This document shows, one piece after another, positions 1-6,674 of a stretch of DNA of 57,126 nucleotides. The notes below the pieces were generated by a model, which saw only the letters and a program-made list of their open reading frames with translations, was not told the origin of the DNA and did no database searches. The position numbers were made by a program, and so were the translations under genes. Numbering within the stretch: the first letter of the stretch is position 1; the number at the start of each line of letters is the position of its first letter. Source of the DNA: Eubacteriales bacterium (GTDB lineage: Bacteria > Bacillota > Clostridia > Oscillospirales > CAG-272); NCBI GenBank assembly GCA_045656885.1, contig JAZORZ010000056.1, positions 1-57,126 on the forward strand, in the 5' to 3' direction.

Positions 1-65
1 TGAGAGATTGGACAAATGCGTCATTTGCAGAGAAAAGGGACCCGATTAACCTATTCACTACCCAA

Positions 66-100
66 CCAGCCGCACCCTCGGGTGCGGCTGGTCGTTTTGT
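66..100 (+). terminator. Rho-independent terminator of a gene lying upstream of the window
   Basis: Stem ccagccgcacc / ggtgcggctgg with ctcg loop, followed by tcgttttgt. Confidence 0.6.
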
Positions 101-119
101 AGAGTTTTTTTACAAAAGG

Positions 120-240
120 CCTCCCCTGTGTAAAGGGGAGGTGGCACGGCGCAGCCGTGACGGAGGGATTGTAAAGCTTTTTACGCATAAAAACAATCCC
201 TCAGTCAGCTTCGCTGACAGCTCCCTTTACACAAGGGAGC
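120..240. repeat. Inverted pair of GC-rich two-hairpin repeat units (unit A 120-171, unit B 194-240)
   Basis: Unit A is cctcccctgtgtaaaggggagg-tgg-cacggcgcagccgtg-acggagggattg. Unit B, reverse-complemented, is gctcccttgtgtaaagggagc-tg-tcagcgaagctga-ctgagggattg. Same architecture, with both hairpins kept by different sequences. Confidence 0.8.
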
Positions 241-333
241 CCTTCATTGTTGCACGTTCATTTATGTACAATAAACTACACCCGTATTCTGTAAATAAAT
301 GCTTGAAAATTCTAAAAATCTTCCCATTTCACA

Positions 334-362
334 TTGACAACGAATAGAAAAAAAGGTATAAT
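334..362 (+). promoter_or_regulatory. Sigma-A type promoter of the carrier-protein/MBOAT operon
   Basis: TTGACA (334-339), 17-nt spacer, TATAAT (357-362), about 45 nt upstream of the ATG at 407. Confidence 0.7.
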
Positions 363-406
363 ATAAATTAGATAATTATGACTATTTTGAGATAGGAGTA
401 CAGATT

Positions 407-634
407 ATGGAAACCTTACTTCAAATTTTGAACGGACTTCACCCCGACGTGGATTTTGCATCGATCGACGACCTTTATGACGAGGGCGTGCTCGACTCTT
501 TGGATATGGTTCGTCTCGTAACAGAGATCGGTATGGAGTTCGACGTACAGATCCCCCCCGAGGAGCTCATTCCCGAAAACTTCCAAAACGTCAACACCAT
601 TTGGGCGCTCATCGAACGCCTTGACGAAGAATAA
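407..634 (+). CDS. DltC-like D-alanyl/acyl carrier protein
   Basis: 75 aa, acidic. Phosphopantetheine-Ser context GVLDSLDMVRLV. AGGAG RBS upstream. Directly precedes an MBOAT gene. Confidence 0.8.
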   Translation: METLLQILNGLHPDVDFASIDDLYDEGVLDSLDMVRLVTEIGMEFDVQIPPEELIPENFQNVNTIWALIERLDEE

Positions 635-640
635 AACAGA

Positions 641-2230
641 ATGCAATTTACGTCATTTTCATTCATCCTCTTTGCGGCACTAACGCTGATAGTTTACTAT
701 CTTGTTCCGCGCCGCTCACAGTGGAAGGTTCTGTTGCTTTTTAGCTTGTTCTTTTATGCCTTTGCGGGAGCAGAGTATCTGTTTTTTATTCTCTATACTT
801 GGTTTGTGACTTTCCTGACGGGGCATATTCTGCAGCATTTTGCCGACCGCGAGGACGCCTACGTGGAAGAAAATCGCGCCACGCTTTCCAAAGAGGAACG
901 CAAAGCATACCGCGCAAGAGAGAAGAAAAAGCGCCTGCGCATTCTGACTGTCGGTCTCGTTCTCGGCTTTGGCATGCTCGCAGTTCTCAAATATACCGCC
1001 TTTGCGGTAGGGAATATCAATGGTATTCTTTCGGCGTTTGATGCCAAAACCTTGACCGTTCCGTCGCTTTTGTTGCCACTCGGCATCTCGTTCTACACAT
1101 TCCAATCCATGGGATATCTCATTGACGTTTACCGCAAAAAGGTGAGAGCTGAGAGAAATCCCGCAAAATTGATGCTTTTTGTCACCTTTTTCCCGCAACT
1201 GTTGCAAGGACCAATCAGTCGCTTTAGCGACCTTCACGAGCAACTGATGGGCGAGCACGCCTTCAGTGGCGAGAATGTCCGCGCAGGACTTTTCCGCGTC
1301 GTTTGGGGTTACTTCAAAAAGCTGATTGTGGCCGACACCGCCATGATCGGCATCAAAACGCTCATCGAGCAGTCGGACAAGTTCGACGGCGCATACGTTT
1401 TTGTGCTTATTTTGCTCTATTCCGCACAGATTTACGGTGATTTTACAGGCGGCATTGATATCACCATCGGTCTCTCCGAAGCGATGGGCATTCGTCTTGC
1501 CGAAAACTTCAACCGCCCGTTCTCCTCAAAATCCACAAAGGAATATTGGAACCGCTGGCACATCACCATGGGCACGTGGTTTACCGATTACATCTTTTAC
1601 CCTCTGTCTGTTTGCAAGGGAATGCAAAAGCTGACCCTCGCCGCCACCAAACGCTTTGGCAAGGGATTTGGCATGCGCCTACCCGTTTACACCGCCACCA
1701 TCGCGACTTGGTTTTTAACAGGTCTTTGGCACGGTGCGGGTTGGAACTTTATTGTTTGGGGACTGCTCAACTGCTTGGTTATCCTCGTCTCGCGCGAGCT
1801 TGAACCCCTGTACCGCATCTTCCACAAGCGTTTTCCGCGCTTGGGAGACACCAAGATTTGGGGAATGTGGCAAATGACGCGCACCTTCCTTTTGATGGGA
1901 CTGATCCGCAGTCTTGACTGCTACCGCGATGTTCCCAAGACCTTCCGCTTGTGGGGCAGTATGCTTACAAAATGGAACGTAGGCGAGCTTTTCACAGGTG
2001 GATTGACGTCTTTCGGTCTCGGCATTGCCGAATGGTGTGTCATTTTTGGCGGCATTATTGTAATCAATATTTTCGATCGCCTTGGCAGAGAGACACCCGT
2101 CCACCGCCGCGTGGCAAAACACCCCGTGGTGTGGTTTGCAGGTGTTTGTGCACTTGTGGTTGCCATTCTCATTTTCGGTGCTTACGGCATCGGCTACGAT
2201 GCATCGCAATTTATTTACCAACAGTTCTGA
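641..2230 (+). CDS. MBOAT family O-acyltransferase (DltB/AlgI-like)
   Basis: 529-aa polytopic membrane protein. Motifs FYTFQSMGYLIDVYR, WNRWHITMGTWF and GLWHGAGWNF are typical of DltB/AlgI. Confidence 0.9.
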   Translation: MQFTSFSFILFAALTLIVYYLVPRRSQWKVLLLFSLFFYAFAGAEYLFFILYTWFVTFLTGHILQHFADREDAYVEENRATLSKEERKAYRAREKKKRLRILTVGLVLGFGMLAVLKYTAFAVGNINGILSAFDAKTLTVPSLLLPLGISFYTFQSMGYLIDVYRKKVRAERNPAKLMLFVTFFPQLLQGPISRFSDLHEQLMGEHAFSGENVRAGLFRVVWGYFKKLIVADTAMIGIKTLIEQSDKFDGAYVFVLILLYSAQIYGDFTGGIDITIGLSEAMGIRLAENFNRPFSSKSTKEYWNRWHITMGTWFTDYIFYPLSVCKGMQKLTLAATKRFGKGFGMRLPVYTATIATWFLTGLWHGAGWNFIVWGLLNCLVILVSRELEPLYRIFHKRFPRLGDTKIWGMWQMTRTFLLMGLIRSLDCYRDVPKTFRLWGSMLTKWNVGELFTGGLTSFGLGIAEWCVIFGGIIVINIFDRLGRETPVHRRVAKHPVVWFAGVCALVVAILIFGAYGIGYDASQFIYQQF

Positions 2231-2252
2231 TTTTTGATAGAGGAGGGAAGCC

Positions 2253-2840
2253 GTGAGCGCGATCAAATCCGTTTTGTGCCGCATATTTGCACCGCAAAAG
2301 CGAGTGACCGAGGGCAAAAGAACGCTTCTTTTTGCCACGGGTATCTACTTTTTGCTATTGATATGGGCAATCGTGTTCAAGTTTTCCTTCATATCCGAAA
2401 TCAATATGAATTCCGCAATGTCGTTGGGGGACCGCTTTTTTCGCGGTCTTCGTTTCTTCGATTTCTTTTTGGAAAGCAACCCTTGGCGACTTGTGCGCGG
2501 ACTGCTCATTGCTATCTTAAACATTCTTTTGTTTGTGCCGTGGGGTATTTACGCATCTTTTTTCTATGACCAAAAGAGAACCGTTGGCTTTGCCTGCGCC
2601 TTTTCCTGCGCGGTCGAGTGCCTTCAACTCTTTGCCCGATTTGGCGTGTTCTCCTTTGAGGATATGCTGCTGAACACCCTCGGGGCATTCTTTGGCGTTT
2701 TGCTATTCAAAAGATGCATCAACTGCATCTCCGAAAATATCTTACAAAACATCAACCGTTGGACGGTTCGCATCGGCGCTCCCGTTGCAGCCCTCGCCTA
2801 TGTCAACGTTATTGTTGCAATGGCACTCTATTTTTCCTGA
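2253..2840 (+). CDS. VanZ-like family membrane protein
   Basis: GTG start after GAGGAGGG. Multi-TM. VanZ-type motifs NILLFVPWG and FEDMLLNTLGAFFG. Confidence 0.7.
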   Translation: MSAIKSVLCRIFAPQKRVTEGKRTLLFATGIYFLLLIWAIVFKFSFISEINMNSAMSLGDRFFRGLRFFDFFLESNPWRLVRGLLIAILNILLFVPWGIYASFFYDQKRTVGFACAFSCAVECLQLFARFGVFSFEDMLLNTLGAFFGVLLFKRCINCISENILQNINRWTVRIGAPVAALAYVNVIVAMALYFS

Positions 2841-2858
2841 TTTACATAAAGGAGATCT

Positions 2859-3887
2859 ATGAAAAAAACACTCATTTTGTGCACCTGCATCTTGCTTGCC
2901 ACAGTCCTTTTGTTGGGCTTTGTGCAACTGCTGGTCACGCCAAAATACATGACGACCTCGCGTGATGGGGCACTCATTGCCGAATATTACAATGAGACCA
3001 CCGACCACGACGTCGTTTTTATCGGTGACTGCGAGGTTTACGAATGCTTCACGCCCCCCACACTGTGGCAGGAGTACGGCATCACTTCCTTTGTGCGCGG
3101 CAGTGCACAGCAGCTCATCTGGCAATCCTATTATCTCTTGGAGGAAACGCTCAAGCGCGAAACTCCCAAGGCGGTGGTATTCAACGTGCTCTCCATCAAA
3201 TACGGCGAGCCGCAAAACGAGGCATACAACCGCATGACGCTCGACGGCATGCAGTGGTCGGGCAGTAAGCTGCGCTCGATTTATGCATCGAAAACCGAGG
3301 AAGAAAGCATCATTTCCTATGTTTTTCCGCTTTTGCGCTTCCATAGCCGTTGGAGCGATTTGACACAGGAGGATTGGCAATATCTTTTCCACCGCGACAG
3401 AGTCTCCCACAACGGATACCTGATGCAAACGGCAACAAAGCCCAAGACCAACAACGACATAGCGGGCAGACCGCTCGTTGACTACACCTTGCCCGCCATC
3501 GGCTTTGAATACCTTGAAAAAATGCGCGCGCTTTGCGAGGAAAAGGGAGTAGAGCTCATTCTCATCAAAGCCCCCACCAACGATTGGAAGTTCTATTGGT
3601 ACGAAGAGTGGGACGCGCAGATTGTGGCGTGGGCGAATGAAAAAGATGTAGATTACTACAATTTTATTCCTCTTGACGAAGAAATCGGCCTTGATTGGAG
3701 CACTGATACCTACGACGGTGGCGTGCATCTCAACGTTTACGGAGCAGAAAAGTTGACCTCTTACTTTGGCAAAATTCTTGCCGAAAAATATGGCCTTACC
3801 GACCGCCGCGGCGATGCTGAACTCGATGCCGTTTGGGCAGAAAAGCTTGCCGCCTATCAAAAAGAAAGAAACGGAGAACCCCAATGA
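2859..3887 (+). CDS. Membrane-anchored SGNH/DltD-like acyltransferase-esterase (block I reads GDC)
   Basis: N-terminal TM helix. VVFIGDCEVYE is block-I-like and DGGVHLNVYG is block-V-like. Its position after the MBOAT gene is as for DltD/AlgJ/PatB-type partners. Confidence 0.6.
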   Translation: MKKTLILCTCILLATVLLLGFVQLLVTPKYMTTSRDGALIAEYYNETTDHDVVFIGDCEVYECFTPPTLWQEYGITSFVRGSAQQLIWQSYYLLEETLKRETPKAVVFNVLSIKYGEPQNEAYNRMTLDGMQWSGSKLRSIYASKTEEESIISYVFPLLRFHSRWSDLTQEDWQYLFHRDRVSHNGYLMQTATKPKTNNDIAGRPLVDYTLPAIGFEYLEKMRALCEEKGVELILIKAPTNDWKFYWYEEWDAQIVAWANEKDVDYYNFIPLDEEIGLDWSTDTYDGGVHLNVYGAEKLTSYFGKILAEKYGLTDRRGDAELDAVWAEKLAAYQKERNGEPQ

Positions 3888-4372
3888 AAAAAATACTGAT
3901 TTACCTCTTGCTTGCGGCAATGGTGCTTTCCTTTGCCTCCTGCAAGGATAACGAAACACCACCTGCAGAGGAGGGAAAAACCTACACCTTTACAAGCGGT
4001 ACCACCAAGATCGCCATCAATGCCGACGCCGCTCCCATTTTGGCATCTCTCGGTCAATGGCGCGATTATGCCGAGTCCGCATCCTGCGCGTTCGAGGGAC
4101 TTGATAAGATCTACATCTATCCCGGCTTTGAGCTGCAAACCTATCCCATGGGCGAAAAGGATCTCGTTTATATGATCATTCTCCAAGACGACACCGTAGC
4201 GACAGAGAAGGGCATTCGTATCGGGGCTACCAAGGATGCTGTCATCGCGGCATACGGCACACCCGATGGGGAGAGTGCCACCGCCCTGACCTACAACGGC
4301 AAGGGGATGTATCTGCAATTCATTCTGCGCGAAGGAACAGTCACCAGCATTCAATACGGCTACGCCGAATAA
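3884..4372 (+). CDS. Lipoprotein of unknown function
   Basis: ATGA start/stop overlap with the previous gene. Signal peptide MKKILIYLLLAAMVLSFASC with a lipobox Cys. Confidence 0.7.
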   Translation: MKKILIYLLLAAMVLSFASCKDNETPPAEEGKTYTFTSGTTKIAINADAAPILASLGQWRDYAESASCAFEGLDKIYIYPGFELQTYPMGEKDLVYMIILQDDTVATEKGIRIGATKDAVIAAYGTPDGESATALTYNGKGMYLQFILREGTVTSIQYGYAE

Positions 4373-4432
4373 AGCATAAAAAGTTCTCCGCAAAAGCAGA
4401 CTTCTCATAAGGAAGTTTGCCTAACATGCGAC

Positions 4433-4498
4433 AGGGGCGCACTGCGTGCGCTCGTGGGCATTCAAAGAATGCCCCTACGGATAAAAATTGCTCCGTAG
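4433..4498. repeat. Cluster of GC-rich hairpin repeats (GTAGGGGC-type family)
   Basis: Hairpins gcgcac-tgc-gtgcgc, gggcattc-aaa-gaatgccc followed by ctacgg, and ctacgga...tccgtag. The reverse complement cgtaggggcattctttgaatgccc resembles 5477-5504. Confidence 0.65.
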
Positions 4499-4510
4499 TA
4501 AACAAATATT

Positions 4511-4545
4511 AACGCCGACAGAAAATCTGTCGGCGTTTGTTTTGT
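4511..4545. terminator. Bidirectional intrinsic terminator between the lipoprotein and CHAP genes
   Basis: aacgccgacag-aaaat-ctgtcggcgtt followed by tgttttgtt. The opposite strand has an A/T-rich tail. Confidence 0.7.
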
Positions 4546-4580
4546 TCTGTTCGATAAATTGGAATCTAGTTGCCTGAATT

Positions 4581-5243
4581 TTATTCGCATTTCCCGGAGT
4601 AATCCGGCAAACCGTAGCCCCGTATGGTATAGTCGTTTTTGCAGATGTAGCGATATCTGACGGCATCATTATTGTTGCCCTCGATGACCTTAATATAATT
4701 TCCCGAAGTGCCTACCACTATACCCACATGATCTGCCCATCCTGTGCAGTCGCCGATAGCGATATCTTTATGAGCATAATATATCACATCCCCCGGCAGG
4801 GGAACATAGGTCTCATCCTCCTGCCAGCATCCTATGCTCTCAAACAGAGCAATTTGGCGCTGACAACCGCACTCCGGAGGAATGATGTCTTCAAGACCGT
4901 TCTGGAGCGCCACGACGGTGACAAACGTGGCGCACCAACTATCTTTATATGTAACAAGATAGTCTACGGGGAGTTCCTCCTGAGCGTTATAAAGATCAAT
5001 GATCTGATGATGCTCAGGCGAGCCCTTGACAGTGCCAAGCCAAGCTTCTGCTGTACTGATCAGCTGCTGACGCAGAGCCATTTCGCGTTCCGAAACCTCC
5101 CGCGCGTAGCCGTAGTCGCGGTTCCGGGGAGATGTTTGGATCAACAGAAATACTGCCAACACGAGTATAAGCATAGCCGCACCGACCGCGACCCAAACAG
5201 TTATTTTCTTTTTGATTGAGTTTCCCATGGTTTTTTGTATCAT
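4581..5243 (-). CDS. Membrane-anchored CHAP/NlpC-P60-like peptidoglycan amidase/peptidase
   Basis: TM helix ITVWVAVGAAMLILVLAVFLL. Catalytic-type Cys in DSWCATFV and His in WADHVGIVV. The ORF is open to 5294, and the internal ATG (MIQKTMGN) was preferred. Confidence 0.7.
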   Translation of the reverse strand: MIQKTMGNSIKKKITVWVAVGAAMLILVLAVFLLIQTSPRNRDYGYAREVSEREMALRQQLISTAEAWLGTVKGSPEHHQIIDLYNAQEELPVDYLVTYKDSWCATFVTVVALQNGLEDIIPPECGCQRQIALFESIGCWQEDETYVPLPGDVIYYAHKDIAIGDCTGWADHVGIVVGTSGNYIKVIEGNNNDAVRYRYICKNDYTIRGYGLPDYSGKCE

Positions 5244-5367
5244 AGCAATATCCTTTGTGTTGTAGTAATAGTCATCGAAAAGCATAATAAACAAAGCGCG
5301 AAGATTATGTGGAGCGGTGATTTGCCGCTAAATTCTTATTTGTCTTTCTGCTTTTATCGCCAGTCAC

Positions 5368-5410
5368 GCCTTTGTATTACAAAGGCCCAGGGCTAAGCCC
5401 CCGCCCTACG
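5368..5410. repeat. GC-rich hairpin repeat
   Basis: Palindrome gcctttgta-t-tacaaaggc followed by ccagggctaagcccccgccctacg. The reverse complement begins cgtagggcggggg, which is related to the GTAGGGGC family. Confidence 0.55.
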
Positions 5411-5476
5411 ATGTAACCCCATTATAACACAAATCGGCAGAGAAAACAACATCTCTGCCGAAATTTATGTGTGTCC

Positions 5477-5504
5477 GTAGGGGCGATTTGTGAATCGCCC
5501 CTAC
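5477..5504. repeat. Perfect 12-bp-stem GC-rich hairpin repeat
   Basis: gtaggggcgatt-tgtg-aatcgcccctac. Confidence 0.75.
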
Positions 5505-5618
5505 AAAAATATAAACATCCTTATGAGAACCGGCTTAAAAGGAGAGCTTTTTTGTTTTGGTTGTCCCTTCATATTTTCCTTTTTTTACTCATAAAAAGGT
5601 AAAAAGGAGGCGATTACA

Positions 5619-6176
5619 TTGAACACAACCACCGAAAAGCTGGGGGCAACCGTCAGGGAGGGGTATCAGGTGCTCCTGCGTGCCGAGGCAGAGATTCTGC
5701 TCCCCGAGGGAAAGGATGTCATCGGCAATTACTACCGACTTCTGTCGGATAAATGCATGTCTTGGGCAACCGAGGTCTATGGGGAGCGCATCAGGCAAGA
5801 CTTTTTATCTCTTGAGGATCTGCACGATCGTGCGCTGTGGCGTGCACAAAAATATCGGTTTTTGATGCGTATTCCTTGGGCAACCGAGCATCATATTGCC
5901 ATTTTATGCGAATCCTATCTGTTGGGGCAACGGGGCAACGTGCAAAACAGTTACCATCGGCTCTCGCACGTTTGGAATCTTGATGAAGAGAGCATTCTCC
6001 CCATTTCGCAAATTTTAGAGCTTTTGGGCTGCGGTATCAAATTAAAGGATCTGCCCTTTGTTCCCGAAGGCGTTTATCCCGAAGGCGAGGAACTGATTTT
6101 CTATAAAAACCCTACAATTGAAACTCCGTTGGCGCAGTGCAAAAGCCCGTTTATGCAAGATGTTACTAAAAATTAA
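5619..6176 (+). CDS. Hypothetical protein (185 aa)
   Basis: TTG start 8 nt after AAAGGAGG. No motif recognised. Lower-GC patch. Confidence 0.5.
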   Translation: MNTTTEKLGATVREGYQVLLRAEAEILLPEGKDVIGNYYRLLSDKCMSWATEVYGERIRQDFLSLEDLHDRALWRAQKYRFLMRIPWATEHHIAILCESYLLGQRGNVQNSYHRLSHVWNLDEESILPISQILELLGCGIKLKDLPFVPEGVYPEGEELIFYKNPTIETPLAQCKSPFMQDVTKN

Positions 6177-6238
6177 GATATAATCACTATATATAGTGAT
6201 TGTTAAATATTAAACTTATACAAATCGACAAAAATCAC

Positions 6239-6267
6239 TTGCAAAAGGGTTGGAGTTGTGGTATAAT
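6239..6267 (+). promoter_or_regulatory. Promoter of the V-type ATPase operon
   Basis: TTGCAA (6239-6244), 17-nt spacer ending in TGG, TATAAT (6262-6267). Confidence 0.65.
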
Positions 6268-6353
6268 AATTGATAAGGTTATTTGTCAAAATATACCAAT
6301 ACTCCGACCTTTTTGTCGAAAGAAAATGACGGGAAACCGAATGGAGGTTTTTA

Positions 6354-6674
6354 ATGTCAAGAGAATCTATTAACGCAATAAAACAAACCGAACAAGAAGC
6401 CGAGCGTATTGTGCGCGAAGCGCAAGAAAAGGCCGCCCAAATGATAGCCGATGCCGAGGCAAACGGTGCTGCTCTGTGTGAGAGCACCGAACGGGAAACC
6501 ATTGCCGCAGCAAAGGTAGTCATTGGCCAATTGCGCGATAAAGCCGAGAATATGCGCGAGCGATTGGACGCTGAAGCAAAAAAGGAAGCGGGCGAGATCA
6601 TTCGTCAGGCATCTCTTCGTAAAAGAAGTGCCGAAAAGATCGTAATCAGGGGGTTAGCATCTAAATGTCGATAA
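6354..6674 (+). CDS. V-type ATPase peripheral-stalk subunit (G/H-like coiled coil)
   Basis: 106 aa, Ala/Glu/Lys-rich coiled coil (EQEAERIVREAQEKAAQMIADAE). First gene of the operon, overlapping the subunit I start. Confidence 0.6.
   Translation: MSRESINAIKQTEQEAERIVREAQEKAAQMIADAEANGAALCESTERETIAAAKVVIGQLRDKAENMRERLDAEAKKEAGEIIRQASLRKRSAEKIVIRGLASKCR

Noticed and set aside
141-347. 68-aa ORF (MARRSRDGGIV...) at the start of the window
   Set aside because: It is produced by reading through the inverted two-hairpin repeat pair at 120-240 and the operon promoter. There is no RBS. It is a repeat-derived pseudo-ORF.
2742-3962. 406-aa minus-strand ORF, together with similar long antisense ORFs at 7148..8074, 13533..14561, 26988..27836, 36287..37402, 39405..40271, 43113..44108, 44166..45320, 45863..46729 and 51340..52203
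   Set aside because: Each lies entirely antisense to, or out of frame within, a gene with strong family motifs. None has an RBS or recognisable motifs, and their composition is Arg/Gly/Cys-rich and biased. They are typical shadow ORFs of GC-rich coding DNA.
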